Numbered from the stretch's first letter, positions 18,232 to 25,824 are shown. The stretch is 29,489 bases of DNA from Candidatus Colwellbacteria bacterium RIFCSPLOWO2_02_FULL_44_20b (GCA_001817765.1 MHIZ01000037.1:3952-33440), one strand, 5' to 3'. Notes: generated by a model from the sequence alone, not told the origin. Made by a program: numbers and translations.

Positions 18232-19364
18232 TTGATTTTAAAGTTTTGAAACAATCGAAAAAAAGTCGGGCACGGCTTGGAATTTTAAAAACACCGCACG
18301 GCGAGATTGAGACTCCTGCGTTTGTCGGGGTCGCGACGCAAGCGGCGGTTAAGACGCTTTTTGCCCATGAGGCGGAACATACGAATACCCAGTTGCTTAT
18401 TTGTAATACGTTTCATCTTCATTTGAAGCCCGGGGAAAAAATCGTTAAGGCGGCGGGAGGGCTGCACACATTTATGCAGTGGAAGCGGCCGCTTATGACT
18501 GATTCGGCGGGATTTCAGGTTTTTAGCTTGGGGTTTGGAAGTGATCACGGGGTTGGTAAAATTCTCAAAGAAAAACGAGACATTGTTATCGGCGAAGGAG
18601 CTCAGCCGAAAAAGATCAAAATTACCCGTGACGGCGTTTGGTTTCGGTCGCCGATTGACGGCGTACAGGTTTTTATCGGTCCTAAGGAATCAGTCAAAAT
18701 TCAGGAAGCGCTCGGGGCAGATATTATCTTAGCGTTCGACGAGTGCACATCGCCGGTCGCGGGATACGAGTATACAAAGCAATCACTTCGGCGAACACAT
18801 CAATGGGCGGAAGTTTGCCTTGCTGTTAAAAAATCCAAGCAGGCGCTTTACGGTATTACACAGGGAGGGAAATTTAAAGATTTGCGAATCGAAGGCGCGA
18901 AGTTTATCGGCTCGTTGCCCTTTGACGGGTTTGCGATTGGCGGAGAATTCGGTGATAACAAGAACGCGATGATAAAAATGATCGAATGGACCATTCGTGA
19001 ATTACCGAAAGAAAAGCCCCGGCACCTCTTAGGCATCGGTCATCCGGAAGATATTGTAAAAATTATTAAAGCGGGGATTGATACGTTTGATTGTATCGTG
19101 CCAACCCATTACGCGCGGCACGGCACGGCGTTTACGTCGAAGGGGAGGATAGATTTTAAAAAATCCGCGCTTGTTAAAGATCGGAGACCACTTGATTCAA
19201 AATGCGATTGTTTTGTCTGTACCGATTACACGCGGAGTTACATTGCGCATCTTTTTAAAGCAAAAGAGATTACGGCGCTTAGCTTGCTGACGTTCCATAA
19301 TCTTTATTTTTTCAATAAGCTCGTAGCGAAGATTCGGGGGGATATTAAAAAAGGAAAGGTATGA
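18228..19364 (+). CDS. tgt: tRNA-guanine transglycosylase
   Basis: NTFHL, TDSAGFQ, FDECT, HLLGIG, DTFDC, Zn site CDCFVC...H. Confidence 0.95.
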   Translation: MIDFKVLKQSKKSRARLGILKTPHGEIETPAFVGVATQAAVKTLFAHEAEHTNTQLLICNTFHLHLKPGEKIVKAAGGLHTFMQWKRPLMTDSAGFQVFSLGFGSDHGVGKILKEKRDIVIGEGAQPKKIKITRDGVWFRSPIDGVQVFIGPKESVKIQEALGADIILAFDECTSPVAGYEYTKQSLRRTHQWAEVCLAVKKSKQALYGITQGGKFKDLRIEGAKFIGSLPFDGFAIGGEFGDNKNAMIKMIEWTIRELPKEKPRHLLGIGHPEDIVKIIKAGIDTFDCIVPTHYARHGTAFTSKGRIDFKKSALVKDRRPLDSKCDCFVCTDYTRSYIAHLFKAKEITALSLLTFHNLYFFNKLVAKIRGDIKKGKV

Positions 19365-20398
19365 GCTCTCAATTTGAAAATTTACTCAAGCGGTATGATT
19401 ATATTTTGCCGCCAGAGCTTATCGCGCAAAAACCGGCTTTGCCACGAGATAGCGCAAAGCTCCTTGTCTATAATAAGAAAAATAAAAAGGTTTCTTATGA
19501 TACATTTTTTAATCTTCCAAAGTACTTGCCGGAACGAGCGGTTTTAGTTTTTAACGAAACAAAAGTTGTTCCGGCGCGACTCACACTTATGAAGGAGACA
19601 GGCGGGAAGGTTCGTATTCTTTATTTGCGGACAGTTGGAAATCTTATTGAAGCTATGGTGGATCGCCGAATTGAAATCGGATCACGATTATCACTCACTT
19701 CGAAACTCTTTTTTATAGTGACACGACGAGGTAAATATTACTTTTTAAAACCGTCGTTTCCGATTTCGAGACTTTCTTCCATTCTTGAACGCTATGGATC
19801 AACACCGATTCCGCCTTATATCAAGGACTCACCACTTTCAGAATCGGCTCTACGACGTGAATATCAAACAATTTTTGCCCGGCAGGAAGGATCGGTGGCG
19901 GCACCGACAGCATCACTTCATTTTACTCATCGGCTTTTTCAGAAACTCAAACGGGCGGGATTCGACGTACGATTTGTTACGCTTCATGTGAATTTAGGAA
20001 CGTTCGCGTCGCTTACTGAAGAGCAAGTCAAGGAAAAGAAACTTCACAAAGAATGGTATGAGATTTCGAAAGAGACGGCTCGATTTTTGAATCGAGCTAG
20101 AAAAGAAGGGAGACCGATTATTGCTGTTGGAACAACTGTTACGCGAACACTTGAATCCGCTTCCGATTCCCGAAGTGTTCTCAAACGGCTGACTGGAGAG
20201 ACAGATTTGTTTATCAATGAGAAATATAGATTTAAATTTATTGACGGGTTGATTACTAATTTTCATGTGCCGAAATCGAGTTTGTTAATGCTTGTTTCGG
20301 CTTTTGTCGGGAGGGATCAATTATTTGATCTTTATCGAAAGGCGATTCGGAAAAAATTTCGTTTTTTCTCGTTTGGAGACGGGATGCTTATTGTCTGA
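19361..20398 (+). CDS. queA: S-adenosylmethionine:tRNA ribosyltransferase-isomerase
   Basis: LIAQKP, VFNETKV, PIPPYI, GSVAAPTASLHF, VGTTVTRTLES, TNFHVPKSSLL, RFFSFGDGM. Confidence 0.95.
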   Translation: MSSQFENLLKRYDYILPPELIAQKPALPRDSAKLLVYNKKNKKVSYDTFFNLPKYLPERAVLVFNETKVVPARLTLMKETGGKVRILYLRTVGNLIEAMVDRRIEIGSRLSLTSKLFFIVTRRGKYYFLKPSFPISRLSSILERYGSTPIPPYIKDSPLSESALRREYQTIFARQEGSVAAPTASLHFTHRLFQKLKRAGFDVRFVTLHVNLGTFASLTEEQVKEKKLHKEWYEISKETARFLNRARKEGRPIIAVGTTVTRTLESASDSRSVLKRLTGETDLFINEKYRFKFIDGLITNFHVPKSSLLMLVSAFVGRDQLFDLYRKAIRKKFRFFSFGDGMLIV

Positions 20399-20415
20399 TT
20401 TGCTATAATAAAACT

Positions 20416-20595
20416 ATGGATATATGTAAAAAGTGCGGTAGGGCGACGGAGGGTTATAAATGCGATATGTGTGGCGCGGAGGCGGCAGTACACGATCCGA
20501 ACCATGCGTGTGGCGCGGAACATTGTGTGCCGAAGTGCGCTGCGCGCAAGCAAGCAGACGGTAAGTGTACCTGCGCGGCCGTAGGAACCTCGTAG
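20416..20595 (+). CDS. Cys/His-rich metal-binding microprotein, 59 aa (not in the ORF track)
   Basis: MDICKKCGRATEGYKCDMCGAEAAVHDPNHACGAEHCVPKCAARKQADGKCTCAAVGTS, 9 Cys and 3 His; TGcTATAAT 6 nt upstream; terminator downstream. Confidence 0.75.
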   Translation: MDICKKCGRATEGYKCDMCGAEAAVHDPNHACGAEHCVPKCAARKQADGKCTCAAVGTS

Positions 20596-20626
20596 TTTTT
20601 TGAGCGAGGTATTTTTTAGAGATAGT

Positions 20627-20658
20627 AAGAGGGGGCGGCAACGTCCCTTTTTATTTTT
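20627..20658 (+). terminator. Intrinsic terminator
   Basis: AAGAGGGGGCG-GCAA-CGTCCCTTTT plus a T-rich tail. Confidence 0.75.
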
Positions 20659-20734
20659 CTTGACTTAGGGAAATACTTGGCTAATTATAAAGAGCTAAGA
20701 TTTCTGATCTTTACTAATTTATCTTGTAGTATTT

Positions 20735-21136
20735 ATGTCTTCTTTTATGCCTTACGCTCGTTCTCATTTTCGTCGAAGCGTTAAACCTCTTTACGAGATT
20801 TACAAGAAAATTGGCCGAGTCTATTGCCCAGCTCTTAAAACTCACGTTTTTTTTGATAAACAAGGCTTTAGTCATTTTTTCTATAAAGGAAAATCTCGAA
20901 ATTACAAACTTCGGAACCATACTGTGGCGTGGGAACGTGTTAATTGTTTACCAGAGGTAATCCGGATTCTTCGTGAGAAGCCAGTTGTTCGAAGAACCAT
21001 TCGTAAGGATGGTACGATTTTTTATATCTTTCTTGGTTATGACTCTGAAGTTGTCGTAGTTGAAAAGGAAGTAGAGGGTCTTATGCGCTTGCCATTTTTT
21101 CTCAGCGTGTTTCCTCTCAAGTCTCGACGAACTTAA
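20735..21136 (+). CDS. Hypothetical protein, candidate BECR/RelE-like ribonuclease; paralogue of 23985-24479
   Basis: YKKIGRVYCPALKTHVFFDKQGFSH...ERVNCL...FFLSVFP aligns with YRQIEYVESPELKDRVYFDDYGLIH...ERLELL...YFWSVFQ. Confidence 0.6.
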   Translation: MSSFMPYARSHFRRSVKPLYEIYKKIGRVYCPALKTHVFFDKQGFSHFFYKGKSRNYKLRNHTVAWERVNCLPEVIRILREKPVVRRTIRKDGTIFYIFLGYDSEVVVVEKEVEGLMRLPFFLSVFPLKSRRT

Positions 21137-21166
21137 TACCGTTTTCTTTTTGGAAGCGGTATTATT

Positions 21167-21175
21167 TTATCCACA
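21167..21175 (+). promoter_or_regulatory. Isolated consensus DnaA box
   Basis: TTATCCACA exact match; no cluster. Confidence 0.35.
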
Positions 21176-21284
21176 TAGTCTTCGTTGCGTTTCGGGAATG
21201 GTGAGGTATTATAGATTTAACATCATCAGATGTGATTGTAACGATGTTACGATTGTTCAGCTCAATATTTTGTGTGCGATACAC

Positions 21285-21325
21285 AAAAAAACAGGACTGC
21301 CGGTGAGGGGCAGTTTTGTTTTTTT
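21285..21325. terminator. Bidirectional terminator-like hairpin
   Basis: AAAAAAACAGGACTGCC...GGCAGTTTTGTTTTTTT. Confidence 0.7.
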
Positions 21326-21419
21326 AAGATCCTATGTGAGACGACTCTTTTACTACAAGACGAACTGTTGTCTTGTATAGGGTTTTGCTTGGTTTTGGTT
21401 CGTGGTACATTATCATAAT

Positions 21420-21872
21420 ATGAGATTAACGAGTTTTGCTTTTAAAGACGGAGGGGTGATGTCTGCAAAATATACCTGTGACGGAGACAATGTTAGTCCT
21501 CCGCTTATTATTTCCGATGTGCCGAGTGATGCGGTAAGTCTTGCTCTTATTGTTGATGATCCTGATGCTCCCGGGGAAGTTTGGGTGCATTGGACGCTGT
21601 GGGGGATTAGTCCTGAAACTGACGAAATCGAGGAGGATACAGTTCCTCAAGGCACGACTGAAGGACTTACAAGTTTTGGTGGTACGGGGTACGGCGGCCC
21701 TTGCCCACCAACGGGATCCCATCATTACTTTTTCAAGTTGTACGCGCTTGATATCGAACTTGAGCTTGATTCTGAAGCGGATAAGAAAGAGATTGAGGAC
21801 GCGATGCGAGAGCATATTGTTGAAGAAGCGCGGCTTATTGGAATATATTCACGTGAAAAAAAGAAGCAATGA
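21420..21872 (+). CDS. YbhB/YbcL family PEBP (Raf kinase inhibitor-like) protein
   Basis: DGDNVSPPL, DDPDAP, WVHW, YGGPCPP, HHYFFKLYALD; ATG 21420 chosen, TGgTACATT 8 nt upstream. Confidence 0.92.
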   Translation: MRLTSFAFKDGGVMSAKYTCDGDNVSPPLIISDVPSDAVSLALIVDDPDAPGEVWVHWTLWGISPETDEIEEDTVPQGTTEGLTSFGGTGYGGPCPPTGSHHYFFKLYALDIELELDSEADKKEIEDAMREHIVEEARLIGIYSREKKKQ

Positions 21873-22189
21873 TCAACTACGAGACGTTTCAGAATATTGA
21901 GTTGCGGATAGCGAAAGTTCTTGAGGCGGAGCGGGTTGAGGGATCTGATAAACTTCTAAAACTTTATATAGATCTCGGGGAAGAAAAGCGCCAGCTTGTA
22001 GCGGGCGTAGGTAAGGTTTATGACCCTGTTTTGCTTGTTGGGAGAGAAATTGTGATTGTTGCGAACCTCGAACCAAGAATGCTTATGGGATTAGAAAGCC
22101 AGGGAATGCTTCTCGCGGCCGATAGTGAAGCAGGACCGGTTTTACTTCAACCTGATAAAGAAGTCTTGCCGGGTTCAAAGGTCAAATAG
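21869..22189 (+). CDS. Stand-alone OB-fold tRNA-binding protein (Trbp111/CsaA/MetRS C-terminal type)
   Basis: ELRIAKVLEAERVEGSDKLLKL...RQLVAG...VANLEPRMLMGLESQGMLLAA. Confidence 0.92.
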   Translation: MINYETFQNIELRIAKVLEAERVEGSDKLLKLYIDLGEEKRQLVAGVGKVYDPVLLVGREIVIVANLEPRMLMGLESQGMLLAADSEAGPVLLQPDKEVLPGSKVK

Positions 22190-22206
22190 TTTTAATAATT
22201 TTATCT

Positions 22207-22425
22207 ATGGCTCCAGAACAGTATTTTGTTGATAATATGGTATGGCTTTTGCCGCTTATTCTTTGGACATTCGCGTGGAAGGGTGTCGCGCTTTGGAAGG
22301 CGGCACAACGGCACGATCTTGCCTGGTACATTGTTTTACTTCTTGTGAATCTTGGCGGCGTGCTTGAGATTCTTTACGTCGCATACTTTAGTAAGCGGAA
22401 AAAAGACGGCGAACCGCAAGCGTAA
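22207..22425 (+). CDS. DUF5652-like membrane protein
   Basis: WKGVALWKAAQRHDLAWYIVLLLVNLGGVLEILY. Confidence 0.8.
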   Translation: MAPEQYFVDNMVWLLPLILWTFAWKGVALWKAAQRHDLAWYIVLLLVNLGGVLEILYVAYFSKRKKDGEPQA

Positions 22426-22426
22426 G

Positions 22427-22457
22427 ATAAAGATCCCGCTTTAAACGGGATTTTTAT
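22427..22457. terminator. Terminator hairpin
   Basis: ATAAAGATCCCG...CGGGATTTTTAT. Confidence 0.7.
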
Positions 22458-22511
22458 TCGTTATTTTCTCTTCTTGTGTCGTGGAGTCTTTTAGGGTACA
22501 TAATTAAGTAT

Positions 22512-23360
22512 ATGCAGCCACTTATCGGAGGACATGTTTCTACGGCGGGAGGGCTTTGGAAGGCTATCGAATATGCTGGGGAACTTGGCGCTACCACGAT
22601 TCAGATTTTCGGCGCTTCACCACGACAATGGGGTGTTAAGATGCCTGGACAAGCGGACATCGAGCGATATGGTGAGGCGCTTCGAAAGAGCAATATCCAA
22701 TCTGTGTATCTTCACGCGGCGTATCTTGTTAATTTAGCGAGTCCGGATGAAGCACTTCGCGCGAAGTCTGTAAAAAGTTTGACTGAACATCTTCAAATCG
22801 CAGAAGCAATTGGCGCGCAGGGACTTATTTTTCACGTTGGTTCCGGCAAGGAGGCGCCGAAGGGGGAAGCGGCAAAGAAAGTTGTTTCAGGAATGAAAGA
22901 GGTTTTAAAAGCGGTGCCCGGACGCGCTCAGCTTATTTTGGAAAATTCGGCCGGTGGGGGAGCAAAACTTGGATCAAATGCCAAGGAAGTTGGTAGTATT
23001 TTAAAACGAGTTGAATCACCACGCGCGAAAGTTTGTTTTGATACAGCACACGCCTACGAGGCGGGCGTTATCGAACGGTACACGCCCCCGCTTATTAAAC
23101 AGATGCTTATTGAGTGGGACACGGAGGTAGGTTTAGATAATATCGTTGTTTTGCACGCGAATGATTCGAAAACGCCCTTTGACTCTCATAGCGATCGGCA
23201 TGAAAACATCGGTGAAGGCTACATCGGGATGCAGGGGTTTCGAAATTTAGCGCACGAGCCACGGCTTAAAACAAAACCATGGATTTTGGAAGTACCAGGG
23301 TTTCAGGGTTTGGGACCGGATCGAAAAAACATTGAGTTACTTAAAATGTGTTTTGAGTAA
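22512..23360 (+). CDS. nfo: Endonuclease IV
   Basis: IGGHVS, HAAYLVNLAS, FHVGS, LENSAG, CFDTAHA, HANDSK, DRHENIGEG; ATG at 22512. Confidence 0.95.
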   Translation: MQPLIGGHVSTAGGLWKAIEYAGELGATTIQIFGASPRQWGVKMPGQADIERYGEALRKSNIQSVYLHAAYLVNLASPDEALRAKSVKSLTEHLQIAEAIGAQGLIFHVGSGKEAPKGEAAKKVVSGMKEVLKAVPGRAQLILENSAGGGAKLGSNAKEVGSILKRVESPRAKVCFDTAHAYEAGVIERYTPPLIKQMLIEWDTEVGLDNIVVLHANDSKTPFDSHSDRHENIGEGYIGMQGFRNLAHEPRLKTKPWILEVPGFQGLGPDRKNIELLKMCFE

Positions 23361-23363
23361 ACA

Positions 23364-23960
23364 ATGAGCAATTCAGAACTTCTTAAAAAAATTCGGGACG
23401 AGGTTTGGGACGGTGAACATCTGCCGCTTTATAGCGAGCGAATACGAAATGGCGTTTATCCCGTGCTTGGTGAGGGGAGTCATGAGGCAAAAATTATGTT
23501 TATCGGCGAGGCACCGGGGCGAAACGAGGCGCTTCAGGGAAGGCCATTTTGCGGAGCGGCGGGAAAGGTGCTTGATGAGTTACTTCTTTCAGCCGGGATC
23601 CTACGAGCATCGGTTTATATTACAAATATCGTGAAAGATCGGCCTCCGCAGAATCGCGATCCATTGCCGGAAGAAATTTCCGCGTACGGGCCGTTTCTCG
23701 ATCGGCAGATCGAAATTATTAAACCCGCGGTTATTGCGACACTTGGGCGTTTTTCAATGCGCTATATCATGGAAAAATTCGGATTAGCTGATTATGTGAC
23801 TTCGATCAGTCAAATGCACGGCAAGCAATTTAATGCGGAGACGTCTTTTGGAAAACTTATAATCATTCCACTATATCATCCGGCAGTTGCGGTTTATGAC
23901 GCGGGCACTAAAGAAGTTTTAAAAAAAGATTTTGAGGTATTGCAAGAGTTTTCGGTATAA
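23364..23960 (+). CDS. Uracil-DNA glycosylase, family 4-like, lacking Fe-S cysteines
   Basis: IGEAPGRNE, GRPFCGAAG, YITNIVKDRPPQNRDP, YHPA. Confidence 0.9.
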   Translation: MSNSELLKKIRDEVWDGEHLPLYSERIRNGVYPVLGEGSHEAKIMFIGEAPGRNEALQGRPFCGAAGKVLDELLLSAGILRASVYITNIVKDRPPQNRDPLPEEISAYGPFLDRQIEIIKPAVIATLGRFSMRYIMEKFGLADYVTSISQMHGKQFNAETSFGKLIIIPLYHPAVAVYDAGTKEVLKKDFEVLQEFSV

Positions 23961-23983
23961 AGAAACCGCCCCGAAGGGGCGGT
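23960..23983 (-). terminator. Hairpin between the convergent udg and nuclease-like genes
   Basis: ACCGCCCC-GAA-GGGGCGGT; U-rich tail on the minus strand. Confidence 0.7.
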
Positions 23984-23984
23984 C

Positions 23985-24479
23985 CTATCTTGCGTATGCT
24001 AGTGCTGTTCTTCTTCGGATTTTCTGGGTTAGCCAGGGAGCTATTGCTCGTTTTTTTGGTTTTGACAGCGGGGACTGGAAAACGCTCCAAAAATACTTGC
24101 AAGAACCGTCTTTCCTTGGTCCTTCGCGAACTACAACAGTTGTTCGGTGATTATTTATGTATGCTTTAAAAATCCAGTAGTTGCCTTTTGATCCATTTCC
24201 TCTTCGCTGGAGAATTACAGGAATATCCCTGTATTGTTTCTCGCACTGCGAGGGGATTTTTCCTTGGAGAATTTCTTTTGCCTCGTGTAAGAGTTCTAAT
24301 CTCTCAAGCTGTTCTTTTTCAGCGCGTTCCCCCAAGCGACTGTCGTGGCTTAGATGGATTAAGCCATAGTCATCAAAGTAGACCCTATCCTTTAACTCGG
24401 GCGACTCTACATATTCTATCTGGCGATAGTACTCTTGTCCCTCAAAGAGTTTTTCCGAGTACGGAGACATTTTTTGCAT
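23985..24479 (-). CDS. Hypothetical protein, candidate BECR/RelE-like ribonuclease; paralogue of 20735-21136
   Basis: Shared Y-x-x-I...P-x-LK-x-x-V-x-FD-x-x-G-x-x-H, ER and F-x-SVF motifs; TGaTAAAAT at 24527-24535. Confidence 0.6.
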   Translation of the reverse strand: MQKMSPYSEKLFEGQEYYRQIEYVESPELKDRVYFDDYGLIHLSHDSRLGERAEKEQLERLELLHEAKEILQGKIPSQCEKQYRDIPVILQRRGNGSKGNYWIFKAYINNHRTTVVVREGPRKDGSCKYFWSVFQSPLSKPKKRAIAPWLTQKIRRRTALAYAR

Positions 24480-24701
24480 ATAGCGTTTACTACGTTAGTT
24501 TTTAAGGTTCTCGGCCTTTCAGATTCATTTTATCACTTATATCCACGGGGCTTTTCCCCAACTAAAAAACAACCTTTGCGGCTGATTGCGTGGTGCTCTT
24601 AAAAAACAAGAACCCGCTTAGAGCAGGTCTGTTTTGTGTCGATTTTTTCTCGGAGCGTGTCTAGGTTCTGGGCGGGGGCGAATTCCGTTATTTTTCTAGT
24701 C

Positions 24702-24727
24702 AAACAAAAAGCGGCTTTTAGCCGCTT
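24702..24727 (-). terminator. Intrinsic terminator
   Basis: AAGCGGCT-AAA-AGCCGCTT plus TTTGTTT on the minus strand, overlapping the stop at 24726. Confidence 0.8.
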
Positions 24728-25052
24728 AAAGTTCTTTCAGGAGGTAGTACTGTTCGACTACAACATTATGGTTTCGTTCGGTTTTCTCGAATATTTTTTC
24801 CACGAGATTTACCAGTCCGGGTTTCGGGATCTTGCTTTTTTGTTCAAGTCTCCATTCTTTTGTCGCGCGGCGCATTATGCCGATGTCTTTTATCGCTGCT
24901 ATAGTGATGAGAAGAAAGAGGAACCAGGCGCCGGCAATGTACAGGCATATCCGGCCGAGCAACCAAAAAGGGAACCAAATAATTGAAGCAACGAGACCCA
25001 CGAATGAGTAGATCAACCATCCCCCGTATATTATCGGGTAGGGAATTTGCAT
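24726..25052 (-). CDS. Two-TM membrane protein
   Basis: 108 aa with a hydrophobic N-terminal half; TATACT upstream; terminator at the stop. Confidence 0.7.
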   Translation of the reverse strand: MQIPYPIIYGGWLIYSFVGLVASIIWFPFWLLGRICLYIAGAWFLFLLITIAAIKDIGIMRRATKEWRLEQKSKIPKPGLVNLVEKIFEKTERNHNVVVEQYYLLKEL

Positions 25053-25141
25053 ATATTTTTATATTAAGTAACTTATTAATTAAACCTTTTGTCCTGAACT
25101 TGGACATTTCTTTGGTAGTATAAAGAAAAAATAAAGACAAT

Positions 25142-25165
25142 AAAAAATCCCACCACACGGTGGGA
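25142..25165 (-). terminator. Intrinsic terminator
   Basis: TCCCACC-GTGT-GGTGGGA plus TTTTTT on the minus strand. Confidence 0.8.
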
Positions 25166-25201
25166 CTTAGCGGGATCAATTATGTTCTCCAACATTCTTC
25201 T

Positions 25202-25372
25202 TTAAGCGCCTTTTGTGAATTCCTCAAATTCATTGCCAAAAGTGGGGCTGGTTTCCGGGGATTTCTTCTCTTTATTAGGTTTCTTTACTGCGACTACTCG
25301 TTGCTTTACACCGATAAAGTAACCGAAAACAAAAGCGCCTAAAATAAGACAAATTACTAATAGCGAACTCAT
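25202..25372 (-). CDS. 56 aa single-TM microprotein (not in the ORF track)
   Basis: MSSLLVICLILGAFVFGYFIGVKQRVVAVKKPNKEKKSPETSPTFGNEFEEFTKGA, bracketed by its own promoter and terminator. Confidence 0.7.
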   Translation of the reverse strand: MSSLLVICLILGAFVFGYFIGVKQRVVAVKKPNKEKKSPETSPTFGNEFEEFTKGA

Positions 25373-25440
25373 ATACTCTGATATTTAAGAACTGCTAAGA
25401 TCCTTTTGAGGATCACATAGTGACCTTTGGGATGTGTTTC

Positions 25441-25469
25441 TTATTATCACTTGTACAACGGCTTGTCAA
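25441..25469 (-). promoter_or_regulatory. Promoter TTGACA-N14-TGa-TAATAA
   Basis: -35 at 25464-25469; same geometry at 25737-25765 and 26414-26442. Confidence 0.55.
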
Positions 25470-25484
25470 AAACCCGGATTAGTT

Positions 25485-25516
25485 AAAAATAAAACCCGCG
25501 CCTAGGCGCGGGCTTC
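25485..25516 (-). terminator. Intrinsic terminator
   Basis: 18 bp palindrome CCCGCGCCTAGGCGCGGG plus a T-tract on the minus strand. Confidence 0.85.
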
Positions 25517-25517
25517 T

Positions 25518-25664
25518 TTATGGAGCAACCCTTTTCTGATCATTTCCTAATTTATATTTCATTTCTGATTTACCCCAGAAAAATCCAATTGTCGTTGCGA
25601 TTACTCCATAGATCACTATACCGAGGTATAGTGATGTAAACTCGGGTATTTCAGGGTACCACAT
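25518..25664 (-). CDS. 48 aa single-TM microprotein (not in the ORF track)
   Basis: MWYPEIPEFTSLYLGIVIYGVIATTIGFFWGKSEMKYKLGNDQKRVAP, with its own promoter and terminator. Confidence 0.65.
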   Translation of the reverse strand: MWYPEIPEFTSLYLGIVIYGVIATTIGFFWGKSEMKYKLGNDQKRVAP

Positions 25665-25736
25665 ATGAGGTATAAAAAATTGAGAATGTAATAACCAAGT
25701 GACCTTTGTTAAATTATTAAAATTACTTAGTGTCTT

Positions 25737-25765
25737 CTTGTATCATTTCGACTTCTCTTTGTCAA
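25737..25765 (-). promoter_or_regulatory. Promoter TTGACA-N14-TGa-TACAAG
   Basis: -35 at 25760-25765; flanking GTTTTTGACAA identical to the unit at 25464. Confidence 0.5.
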
Positions 25766-25784
25766 AAACTGGGTCTGACTCGAT

Positions 25785-25816
25785 AAAAAACAAAACCCGC
25801 CTTTATGGGGCGGGTT
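25785..25816 (-). terminator. Intrinsic terminator
   Basis: AACCCGCC...GGCGGGTT plus TTGTTTTTT on the minus strand. Confidence 0.8.
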
Positions 25817-25824
25817 GCTCTTTT

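Noticed and set aside
21167-24549. Replication origin suggested by a DnaA box at 21167 and a degenerate one near 24540
   Set aside because: Isolated boxes over 3 kb apart, with no cluster or unwinding element and no dnaA nearby.
24844-25342. Track ORFs 24844-25179 (-) and 25160-25342 (+)
   Set aside because: They run across a terminator and promoter or are antisense shadows of better-supported membrane ORFs.
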